From positions 3,365 to 41,074 of the forward strand of contig JAKAVL010000022.1 in assembly GCA_021817305.1 (NCBI GenBank): DNA of 37,710 nucleotides, given 5' to 3'. The DNA comes from Candidatus Micrarchaeota archaeon (GTDB lineage: Archaea; Micrarchaeota; Micrarchaeia; Micrarchaeales; CABMGC01). The notes under the pieces are model-generated. The model searched no databases. It was not told the DNA's origin and saw nothing but the letters and a program-made list of their open reading frames with translations. The position numbers and the translations under genes are program-made. Of this stretch, positions 25,770 through 33,847 are shown piece after piece (position 1 is the first letter of the stretch; the number at the start of each line of letters is the position of its first letter).

Positions 25770-27467
25770 ATGAGGATACTCCAGATGGACGTGGACAACA
25801 TAACCTACGAGCCGGTGCGTCCAGAAGCAAGCATTTACGACGACGTCAAGAAGGAGAGGACATCCATAAACGACACCCTTGTCATATTCGTCTGCGTTGA
25901 GAAGGGAGACTCGCCTGATATGGCGGACAGGGCCATGATGGATACTGATGAATACATGCAGAAGCTCGCCAGAAAGCGGCTTGTGATATATCCCTTTGCA
26001 CACCTCAGCAACAACCTCGCCGACATCAATGAGAGCAGGAAGATAATAGAATACATGTTCAAGAAGGTGCCGAAGGACATAGAAGCAAGCAAGGCGCCTT
26101 TCGGGTGGAACAAGAAGCTCATTCTGGACATAAAGGCGCATCCTCTTGCGGAGCAGTCGCGCTCCTATTCGCCCAACGGCGAGGAGCAGAAGACCTACAA
26201 GAAGGCAAGGCCGGTGAGCGTCAACACCTCGCTTGTGCGCAAGAGCAGCTGGGCCGGGCTCCCGGAAACGGATCACAGAACCATAGGAGAGAAACTCGAC
26301 CTTTACAGCTTCCAGGAGATATCCCCCGCGATGGTGTACTGGCATCCGAACGGGTATGTGATTTACAGGGAACTCATAGCCCTCATGCGGTACCTCGAGT
26401 CGAAGTACGATTATCTTGAGACGAGCACGCCTGTTGTCGCGAATCTTGCGCTCTGGCAGGTGAGCGGGCATCTTGAGCACTACAAGGACAACATGTTCGT
26501 GTTTGACACCGAATCCGGAAGCCACGGCCTAAAGCCCATGAACTGCCCCTCCACCATGATGATCTACAAGTCCAGGAAATGGAGCTACAGGGAACTTCCG
26601 TTCCGCACCGCCACATTCGACAGGATATACCGGAGGGAGCTTTCTGGCGTCGTGTCGGGCCTCTTCCGCGTGCAGGAGCTCACGCAGGACGACGGGCACA
26701 TATTCATAACAGAGGAGCAGCTTCTCCCTGAGATGTCCAAGCTCCTGCAGATGGTCAAGGAGACTTACAACATCTTCGGCATGAAGTTCAATGCCAAGCT
26801 TTCAACAATGCCTGACAGCCATCTGGGCGACGAGGCGCTTTGGAAGAAGGCGACCGCTGCGCTCGAGGAGGCGCTGCAGAAGAACGGCATGGAATACGAG
26901 GTGAAGGACAAGGAAGGAGCATTCTACGGCCCCAAGATAGATTTCGACGTCTTGGATTCCATGGGAAGGAGCTGGCAATGCGCTACAATACAGGTGGACT
27001 ACCAGCTTCCTCTGCGCTTCAACCTTGAGTACACCGGCGAGGACGGAAAGGCGAAGAGTCCAGTGGTGATACACCGTGCGATACTCGGAAGCATAGAGCG
27101 CTTCGCAGCCGTCATGGTCGAGCACTTCCAGGGCAGATTTCCCACATGGCTCGCCCCTACGCAGGTGCGCATTGTGTCCATATCGCAGGCGGTAAACGAT
27201 TACGCAACCAAGGTCTTCGAGGAGCTCAGGAAGAGCGGGCTCCGCGCTGAGCTCGACATAGGAGACAAGACCCTTGAGCACAAGCTCCGCGACGCCATAA
27301 CGATGAGGATACCGTACATACTTGTCCTGGGAAAGAAGGAGATCGGTGCCGGCAAAGTCACGGTGCGCAGCAGGTCCGGCAAGCAGCAGTTCGGCGTCGT
27401 TCTGGAAGAGTTCACGGAAAAGGTCGGAAAAGAGATAAAGGAGAGGTCGCTTGCGCTTTCGTATTGA
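25770..27467 (+). CDS. thrS: Threonyl-tRNA synthetase, archaeal type with N-terminal editing domain
   Basis: Start at MRILQMDVDNITYEP. Class II motif 2 region RELSGVVSGLFRVQELTQDDGHIF, and a C-terminal anticodon-binding domain (QVRIVSIS...IPYILVLGKKE). Confidence 0.9.
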   Translation: MRILQMDVDNITYEPVRPEASIYDDVKKERTSINDTLVIFVCVEKGDSPDMADRAMMDTDEYMQKLARKRLVIYPFAHLSNNLADINESRKIIEYMFKKVPKDIEASKAPFGWNKKLILDIKAHPLAEQSRSYSPNGEEQKTYKKARPVSVNTSLVRKSSWAGLPETDHRTIGEKLDLYSFQEISPAMVYWHPNGYVIYRELIALMRYLESKYDYLETSTPVVANLALWQVSGHLEHYKDNMFVFDTESGSHGLKPMNCPSTMMIYKSRKWSYRELPFRTATFDRIYRRELSGVVSGLFRVQELTQDDGHIFITEEQLLPEMSKLLQMVKETYNIFGMKFNAKLSTMPDSHLGDEALWKKATAALEEALQKNGMEYEVKDKEGAFYGPKIDFDVLDSMGRSWQCATIQVDYQLPLRFNLEYTGEDGKAKSPVVIHRAILGSIERFAAVMVEHFQGRFPTWLAPTQVRIVSISQAVNDYATKVFEELRKSGLRAELDIGDKTLEHKLRDAITMRIPYILVLGKKEIGAGKVTVRSRSGKQQFGVVLEEFTEKVGKEIKERSLALSY

Positions 27468-27565
27468 TCCTAAACAACACCCCATAGCTGACGCCGGGCA
27501 TCACGCCGCTTGGAGGGCAGGTACGCTACGACAGACTATGGTGAGCTAAAATAACAAATTGATAT

Positions 27566-27590
27566 TTGGTTATTTTACACAAATAACCAA
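27566..27590. promoter_or_regulatory. Perfect 10-bp inverted repeat TTGGTTATTT-N5-AAATAACCAA upstream of the ATPase gene
   Basis: Read directly. The AAATAAC core also occurs at 27549-27555 and 27609-27615, the latter overlapping the TATA-like ttttaaata ~30 nt before ATG 27635. Confidence 0.4.
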
Positions 27591-27634
27591 CTTTCAATAT
27601 GAAGTTTTAAATAACCTGGCTCCCAAATAGGCGC

Positions 27635-28936
27635 ATGGACATAGACGCCGCACTGCTCAGGTACAAAGGCTACGGAAAGGGCTTCAGCATCATCGAGCGG
27701 CAGATAGATCTGCCTGAGGGGAACTTCATAAACTCGGTGATAGGTCCGCGCAGGGCCGGAAAGACATTTTTCATGCTTCAGTGCAAGAATTCAATAGACC
27801 TGCCGGACAGCAACAAGATATTCATAAATGCGGAGGACATAGATTTGGAGGGAATTACGTCGCATGACCTTGACAAGCTGGAAGAGGCAATGTTTTCGGT
27901 GTACTCGCCGGACCGCGGTAAGGCAATACTGCTTTTCATAGACGAAGTGCAGAACCTTCCCAGCTGGGGGAGATGGCTGAGGACCCTCGCAGATGAGAGG
28001 ATTTATAAGATAATAATATCCGGATCTACGTCGGTTCTGTCTACAGACAAGCTGCCCGACGAGCTGAGGGGCCGTGCAATCAACACGATAGTGCTGCCCT
28101 TCTCATTCAGCGAGTACTGTTCAGCCAAGGATGTCATCTATTCGGACAGGATGCGCCCTGAAGAGGCCGGCGCAGTGGTCTCAGCATTCAGGGATTACCT
28201 GGAATACGGCGGTTATCCGCTTGTGGTTGAGGCAAAAACTCCAGAGCTAAAAGCCTTCATGCTGCGCGAGCTCTACGAGACAGTACTACAAAGGGACATA
28301 ATAGAGAAGCACAGGATAAGGAAGCCCAATGTCCTCAGGGCATTCATAAATACGGCAATGGGTTCAGCATGCAGGGTCGTTTCTGCGCCCGCGCTGTCGT
28401 CTTGGTTTACAAATCAAGGAACAAAGCTATCAGATCAGGCGGCAGCTAACTACCTTGCATACGCGCAGGACGTCTTCCTTTTCTTCTTCCTGTACCAATA
28501 TTCAAGGAGGCCAAAACAAAGGAACGTAAAGCCAAGACTGTACCTTCCGGATTCGGGGTTGTTGGAAATGGCGGGCGCAGACACTGCAAAGAAGCTTGAG
28601 AACCACGTTTTCGCAGAGCTGATGCGCAGAGGCAAGCGCATCTCTTATCTTGCAAGCCCGGAGATCGATTTCGTAGTGGAGAGCGGAAGAGGCATCGAGG
28701 AGCTTATCCAGGTAAGCTACTCGATAGAAGACCCAGGAGCGTATGCGAGAGAGGCAAAGGCCCTAACCGAAGCTGCAGGCGCGCTGAAGTGCAGAAGACT
28801 GAAGATTATAACCTTCAATGAGGAAAAAAAGCTGAAGATAGGCAGGTACGCAATAGAAGTAATCCCCGCATGGAAATGGATGCTGTCATTGCCCGCGCCC
28901 AGGTCCCTTACGCAACGCCCCCGAAGCCGGGCATGA
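27635..28936 (+). CDS. AAA-type ATPase with a DUF4143-like C-terminal domain (COG1373-like)
   Basis: Walker A GPRRAGKT and Walker B LLFIDEVQ. The length and the C-terminal EIDFVVE...IPAWKW pattern are typical of this family. Confidence 0.78.
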   Translation: MDIDAALLRYKGYGKGFSIIERQIDLPEGNFINSVIGPRRAGKTFFMLQCKNSIDLPDSNKIFINAEDIDLEGITSHDLDKLEEAMFSVYSPDRGKAILLFIDEVQNLPSWGRWLRTLADERIYKIIISGSTSVLSTDKLPDELRGRAINTIVLPFSFSEYCSAKDVIYSDRMRPEEAGAVVSAFRDYLEYGGYPLVVEAKTPELKAFMLRELYETVLQRDIIEKHRIRKPNVLRAFINTAMGSACRVVSAPALSSWFTNQGTKLSDQAAANYLAYAQDVFLFFFLYQYSRRPKQRNVKPRLYLPDSGLLEMAGADTAKKLENHVFAELMRRGKRISYLASPEIDFVVESGRGIEELIQVSYSIEDPGAYAREAKALTEAAGALKCRRLKIITFNEEKKLKIGRYAIEVIPAWKWMLSLPAPRSLTQRPRSRA

Positions 28937-29560
28937 CTCTCGAAGAAGGGCAAGCGGCACTCACATTGCTGTTAAGTTGGCAACAAGAATTTTTGCGCTT
29001 ACATCTAAGTCGACCAAGTGATTACTACCTCCCCCGCATTGCCATTGGAACCAGAGCCACCTCCCTCTCCTATGGTTCCTGACGGATTTCCCGCAGTGTC
29101 ACCGCTGCCTCCTGTATTTGTAATGCTGCTTACTGTTATGGAGTTCGCCCAGCTTGAGCCCCCTCCTCCTCCGCCTGGCGTAGCCCCTCCAGGATCGCCT
29201 CCACCTCCTCCAAAATATCCACAACCTCCCCCTCCACCCGGAACTCCGGTGTCAACGGAAGCCCCGCTTCCTCCGTTATAGCCGCTCCCGCTGCCGCCAG
29301 CTCCTCCGCCACTACCCCCGGCCGTTTGTGTTCCTCCATAACCCCCATAGGTGCCTGTGCCAGCCTGCCCTGCAGTTCCCCCACCAGCTCCGCCGCCTCC
29401 CGCAGCATAATAACTTCCCCCGCCTCCTCCTGCGGCTACGATGATAACACTTGGATTGGACAATGAAGCAGTGCTACTTATGGCAGAACAACCGCCACCA
29501 CCTCCGCCCCCGTTACTTACCGTACTGCCTCCTCCGTTTAAGCCTCCAGTGTAACCAGTG

Positions 29561-29570
29561 CCCCTCCCCC
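29561..29570 (-). repeat. Homopolymer tract G5-A-G4 (minus strand) at the frame-switch point of the glycine-rich gene
   Basis: The plus strand reads cccctccccc. The frame changes between ...YVYVGGG and GTGYTGGLNGGG... Confidence 0.8.
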
Positions 29571-30310
29571 TACATATACATAAAGCGGTGTACCTGGACT
29601 TGTACTATAAATGCCTTCTATGTATCCGCCACCACCTCCATAAGCATGTCCCCCGCTTCCTCCCCCTCCCCATAACTGGAATGTTGCCTGGTTACAGCCT
29701 GCAGGCACAGTCACCGAATATGGGCCTCCTGCAATGCCAAAAGTGTTTGCCGGAGCAGTGCAACTTGGGCCGCTGACTACTGTATTCGACGTCACCGCCT
29801 TCGCTGTGAGCGTCGCGATCTGGCTCACCTGCCCTGTTTGGCCGTTCTTAGTGTACTGTATCCACAGTGTGCCTGTGAAGGCCGCGCCTATGGCGTTCGA
29901 TGCAAGAGGGCACTGGAATACCATGCTTAGCGTCTCGCCCGACACAACATTTGCTGTTATGCTGTTGAATGATGATGGTGTGCCGCTGCTGCCGGAGACG
30001 CAGGCGGTGCCTGTTATGCCGATGCCCGCGCCGAGGCCCTCGCCGAACGTTACGAGGACGTTGCCCGTTGTGTTCATCATGGGTCCTTTGCACTCGAATC
30101 CGAACTGCGCGAGGCACGATGACGTGAACGCGCCCGCGCCGCCGCCGAAGGCGCCTGTTATGTACAGCGCAAGGACCACCACGACGATGACGAGTATGCT
30201 CCACCCATAGGTCGTGAGGTACTCCATCGCGCCCTGCGCTTTCGATGAAACCTTTCCTAAAGGCTTCGCTGACTTAGGCCTGTAACTGTGGCTAACTGCC
30301 GCTGCTTTCT

Positions 30311-30320
30311 TGTGTGTGTG
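30311..30320 (-). repeat. (CA)5 dinucleotide repeat (plus strand (TG)5) between the promoter-proximal ATG 30333 and the pilin signal peptide
   Basis: Read directly. One additional CA unit would put ATG 30333 in frame with the signal peptide. Confidence 0.8.
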
Positions 30321-30461
30321 CCGTTATTTGCATGCCTGACCAGCCATAATAACTTCATCCTCTGCGCATTTATCCCTTCCGCTGAATTGCCGCACTGCGC
30401 CCGCGGCTGAAACGCCCTCATGTGGTACGCTGTTTAATAAGCTTCCTGCCCATATTGTACC

Positions 30462-31106
30462 ATGCCGGAATTGCGCCTGATAGTTGACAACAGGGAGCGG
30501 AACCTTGAGATAATCGACAGCTTGGCGCAGGAGAACGTGAAACTGTCATTCGCACAGCTGCCTGTCGGCGACTACATAGTATCGGACCGGATGTGCGTGG
30601 AGCGCAAGACCGTCCGCGATTTCGAAAGCTCCATAATAGACTCGAGGATATTCGATCAGGCGTCAAGGCTGAAGGATGCTTTCAAGAACCCGATAATACT
30701 GATCGAAGGAGATCTCGGCGAGTGCACTCTGGGAAGGAACGCGGTTCTCGGCGCCATACTCTCCCTGTACACGGATTACGGAGTGCTTGTTGCCTATTCC
30801 GGAAGCCCCTCAGACACGTCTTACATGCTATCTAAGTTCGCGGAGCGCGAGCAACTCCAGAAAAAAAGGGAGCCGCGTCTTGCAGGGAGCAAGAAGGCAT
30901 ACACGCAGTACCAGTGGCAGCTGATGATACTCGGCTCGCTGCCTGGCATAGGCCCGAGCCTTGCGAGGAACCTCATCAACAGCTTCAAGACCATACGCAA
31001 CCTGTGCAATGCAGAAGTCAAGGAACTCATGGAGGTAGACAAGATAGGCAAGAAGAAGGCAGAGGCCGTATTCAAGGTGCTGAACTCGGAGTTCACGGTG
31101 GAGTGA
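30462..31106 (+). CDS. xpf: ERCC4-type structure-specific nuclease, short archaeal XPF form (nuclease domain plus (HhH)2)
   Basis: VDNRE, GDYIVSDRMCVERKTVRDF (GDxnERKx3D), and C-terminal HhH LPGIGPSLARNL / VDKIGKKKAE. Confidence 0.85.
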   Translation: MPELRLIVDNRERNLEIIDSLAQENVKLSFAQLPVGDYIVSDRMCVERKTVRDFESSIIDSRIFDQASRLKDAFKNPIILIEGDLGECTLGRNAVLGAILSLYTDYGVLVAYSGSPSDTSYMLSKFAEREQLQKKREPRLAGSKKAYTQYQWQLMILGSLPGIGPSLARNLINSFKTIRNLCNAEVKELMEVDKIGKKKAEAVFKVLNSEFTVE

Positions 31107-31738
31107 TGTGGGGCATACGCGGCTTCTTCGAGACCGGAGAGGAGAAGGCCTTCACGCAAACCAAGGGCATACTGCGCATAGCGCATAAGGCCAACCATCT
31201 CCTCAACGACATAATAAGGGGCATGAGCAGCATCGACGATATCAAAAAGCTGGAGAGGGAATCATCGAGGGAATACTTCAAGGCGTCGCATGTCATAGTG
31301 TCCGGAGCGATAGCCCCCAATCTGATAGACAACATGATAATAATGGTGGGCAAGGAGGAGAACATCACGGACTCGGTCTTCAAGCTGTCGAGACAGCTCA
31401 TGCGCTACAGGGTAAAGGGCAGGAAGATCAACGATTATGTAAACGGAAAGATGCATGAATTCAACAGGCTCGCCGATTCAGCGATAACAATGCTCATAGA
31501 GATGCACGGCACGAAGAGCATAAGCAGGATGCGCGAGCTAAGGCACAGGATAAAGGCCATAGAGAACAAGGGCGATGCGGTGCGCGACTCGCTCCTAGAC
31601 TACGCGTACAAGGCCAACGTAGGGTTCAAGGGATTCTACCACATAACCGACCTGGCATATTTGTATGACGACATATTGGACGACTGCGAGGACTCGTCGG
31701 ACATATTCATGAGCATAGTCCTCGCACTGGCGACATAG
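31106..31738 (+). CDS. DUF47 / PhoU-like helical protein (transporter-associated)
   Basis: Predicted all-helical ~210-aa protein directly upstream of a PiT-family permease, which is the usual DUF47-Pit pairing. The ATG overlaps the xpf stop (TGATG). Confidence 0.65.
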   Translation: MWGIRGFFETGEEKAFTQTKGILRIAHKANHLLNDIIRGMSSIDDIKKLERESSREYFKASHVIVSGAIAPNLIDNMIIMVGKEENITDSVFKLSRQLMRYRVKGRKINDYVNGKMHEFNRLADSAITMLIEMHGTKSISRMRELRHRIKAIENKGDAVRDSLLDYAYKANVGFKGFYHITDLAYLYDDILDDCEDSSDIFMSIVLALAT

Positions 31739-31747
31739 CGTGGTTAT

Positions 31748-32668
31748 TTGCTCGCGGAAATCATAGACCTTGCGCTCGTTTTCGTCCTCGTCGCACTTGT
31801 ATCGGGAAACAACCTGTCCGCATGCGCAGGACCCGCCATAACCGGAAGGGTAGTAAAGAGGAGAACCGGGGTTGTCCTCACAATAATAGGGTACGCTGCC
31901 GGCTTCCTGCTTCAGGGTCAGATATTGCGCAGTGGGGTTAGCAGGCTCATACCGTTCGGCAATTCTCTGATTCCTATAATATTCATAATCTCGATAGCGG
32001 TGTTCATAATCGCGCACAGGAAGCGCGTGCCAGAGTCGCTCTCCGTCACGTTCATCTCCGCTCTAATTGGTGTTGGGCTCGCGTACGGCACCCTCGACAC
32101 GGGGTTCGTGGCAGAGATACTGCTCTTCTGGATAATCGCCGGCATTCTATCCCTCGTGATGGCGTCAGTCGCGCTGCGCGCAGTGCAGAAGGCCCTGTAC
32201 AGGGACAAGGTCTGGAATGGAGTGAGGACAGTGCGCATCCTTCTCCTAGTGTTGTCGTTCTTCACCTCATTTACCCTAGGCGCGAACACCATAGGGGTTG
32301 TCGCATCTGTGCTCCAGCCGACGTGGTACGCATATGTCGTTATACTGCTTGCAATAGTCCTCGGCAGCTTCCTGTTGAGTTCTGGGGAGCTGCGCAGGAT
32401 AGGCAACGAGATAATACCGATCCGCTATGCTAATGCGCTCGTGTCGCAGCTTGTCGCTGCCGCGTTCGTCGAGTTCGCCACCCTCCTCAGCATACCCATA
32501 TCGAACACGCAGATGCTGACAAGCACCATTTACGGCACGGGCCTCGGCTACAAGGAAAAGCTTCTCTCAAAGAAGCCGGCCGTGCAGATAGCATCCATCT
32601 GGATATTCACCGCTGTTTTCAGCGTTTCTGTTGCTTACGCCGCGGCGCGCATCATTGTTCTTCTCTGA
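31748..32668 (+). CDS. PiT (PHO4)-family anion permease, divergent
   Basis: 306-aa polytopic membrane protein. It has two internally repeated signature-like segments, SGNNLSACAGPAITGR and LGANTIGVVAS, in the positions of the PiT GANDVAN-type motifs. TTG start. Confidence 0.65.
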   Translation: MLAEIIDLALVFVLVALVSGNNLSACAGPAITGRVVKRRTGVVLTIIGYAAGFLLQGQILRSGVSRLIPFGNSLIPIIFIISIAVFIIAHRKRVPESLSVTFISALIGVGLAYGTLDTGFVAEILLFWIIAGILSLVMASVALRAVQKALYRDKVWNGVRTVRILLLVLSFFTSFTLGANTIGVVASVLQPTWYAYVVILLAIVLGSFLLSSGELRRIGNEIIPIRYANALVSQLVAAAFVEFATLLSIPISNTQMLTSTIYGTGLGYKEKLLSKKPAVQIASIWIFTAVFSVSVAYAAARIIVLL

Positions 32669-33275
32669 CTCTGTGCCTGGAAGCGCCTATGAATGCGGCA
32701 ACGTGCAATCCTCCCCCTTTCACGTGCCAGTTCACGCTGGCAATGTCACGCCCCGCAGGGCGCATAGCTACGTCCCTGGCAAGCACGTATACGGGCCTAA
32801 ACGTCCTGGCATCTTCGGCAGGCACGACCACGACGCCAGCCTCCTCCCACACTCCAACCCCAATAATTACCTTGCTGTCCGTTCTTGTTCCGGCGCTCAC
32901 ATACACTTTTTCTTCATAAGGCACCAACTTGTACCAATAATCAACGTCCTCAACCGGCTTAACAGCGGCGCCACCGGTTCTACGGCAGTGCACCCCATGA
33001 TTTTCAGGGCCGTTATAATATGCGTACACGAAGTTTCCCACCGGAGATATAAGTTTTCCATTCACCTTCAGCAGCGCAACCATCTCCGGGCACGAAACCC
33101 AGTCCATGATGTCTGTGAACCTGCCCACTGCCGCAGAAGACCTATGTGCAGAAAAAATCGCCTCTGAGAAGTTTTCCGCCTCGCCTAAAATTCTCAACAT
33201 AGGGGTCAAATTCACTTTCACAGCGGGCTTCTCTCCGGACACTACCCTCGACCGCGCCGCTACCAAAATCGCCAT
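32652..33275 (-). CDS. Hypothetical protein (~207 aa)
   Basis: ORF with TATA-like gatttataag ~40 nt upstream of ATG 33275 (the ORF track starts at TTG 33296). No family recognised. The 3' end overlaps the permease gene by 17 nt. Confidence 0.45.
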   Translation of the reverse strand: MAILVAARSRVVSGEKPAVKVNLTPMLRILGEAENFSEAIFSAHRSSAAVGRFTDIMDWVSCPEMVALLKVNGKLISPVGNFVYAYYNGPENHGVHCRRTGGAAVKPVEDVDYWYKLVPYEEKVYVSAGTRTDSKVIIGVGVWEEAGVVVVPAEDARTFRPVYVLARDVAMRPAGRDIASVNWHVKGGGLHVAAFIGASRHRVREEQ

Positions 33276-33346
33276 TATATCACCATTTGAAATCAATCCA
33301 GACGCTTATAAATCTTGTCCTAAGGCGTACGAAGAAAAGGAAAAGA

Positions 33347-33790
33347 TCACGCGTCTCCCACCAGGCCCGCCATCGCGGCCTCTCTCGCAGAATCCCACTT
33401 AACCGATAATTTATACTGTTTCGTTATCCTGGAATGCGACAATCTGATGAACGTATCAAGCAACGCCCTGCCGCTTGCGAACGCCACAAACTCCCTAGGG
33501 TCCACAATTCCTCTGTTACTTATCGCCTTGCCTATGTTCATGGTCCCAGCCGCGAAGAGAAGGACCTCCTTCTGCAACGACTCCGAGCGCATGCTCTTCT
33601 CCGAGTACCTCAGCAACGCATTCATGAATGCCGGAAGCAACCTGTCCTCGAGGCTCCTGGTGTTCCTCATGAGAAGTATGAACCTGTCGCCTCTTGACAG
33701 CTTCAGTGCGATGTCCAGAAGCACCTCCTTTTCAAGGTCTGATCCGGCAAGGCAGGCAGCAGGCTTCTTACCCTTAAAAATATCGTTCAC
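33347..33790 (-). CDS. cgi121: KEOPS subunit Cgi121-like protein
   Basis: SLQKEVLLFAAGTMNIGKAISNRGIV...FVAFA parallels archaeal Cgi121 (...MEILVRASGQRQIHEAIKIIG... as recalled). A GTG start at 33790 gives ~147 aa, the usual size. The ORF-track start 33874 would overlap rps8e. Confidence 0.6.
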   Translation of the reverse strand: MNDIFKGKKPAACLAGSDLEKEVLLDIALKLSRGDRFILLMRNTRSLEDRLLPAFMNALLRYSEKSMRSESLQKEVLLFAAGTMNIGKAISNRGIVDPREFVAFASGRALLDTFIRLSHSRITKQYKLSVKWDSAREAAMAGLVGDA

Positions 33791-33817
33791 GAAACCGTTA
33801 TTAACCTTTTCCTGCAG

Positions 33818-33826
33818 ATATATAAA
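33818..33826. promoter_or_regulatory. Single palindromic TATA element (atatataaa) shared by divergent cgi121 and rps8e
   Basis: It lies ~29 nt upstream of the rps8e ATG (33848) and ~36 nt upstream of the cgi121 GTG (33790). The intergenic space is 57 nt. Confidence 0.45.
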
Positions 33827-33847
33827 CCTATTAAAGTGAGTGTTACC

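Larger units (their letters stand above)
29005..30333 (-). pseudogene. Type IV pilin-like (class III signal peptide) glycine-rich surface protein. Interrupted: out of frame at a (CA)5 tract near the start and at a G5AG4 tract mid-gene. It may be phase-variable rather than dead.
   Basis: ORF 30227-29538 begins MEYLTTYGWSILVIVVVVLALY and is preceded in frame by ...KVSSKAQGA. ORF 29463-29005 and its upstream extension (frame -1 relative to the first) continue the GGGGxGG repeats to ...NAGEVVITWST. One extra G at 29561-29570 fuses the two ORFs. Confidence 0.6.

Noticed and set aside
25665-26525. 286-aa ORF antisense to thrS.
   Set aside because: It overlaps a strongly recognisable ThrRS reading frame. 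Its translation is His/Arg/Leu-rich, as is typical of antisense frames in GC-rich genes.
27549-27615. Repeated AAATAAC motifs, considered as a possible degenerate CRISPR or mini-array.
   Set aside because: The repeats are only 7-10 nt, irregularly spaced and partly inverted, and no cas genes are present. A regulatory site is more plausible.
29018-29281. Proline-rich 87-aa ORF on the plus strand (PPPPPGVAPPGSPPPPP...).
   Set aside because: It is the complement of the GGN glycine codons of the minus-strand glycine-rich gene, so it is an artefact of the repeat.
30914-31105. 64-codon upstream extension of the DUF47 ORF (274-aa version).
   Set aside because: It overlaps the 3' part of xpf in another frame with Arg/Gln-rich nonsense. 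ATG 31106 is coupled to the xpf stop.
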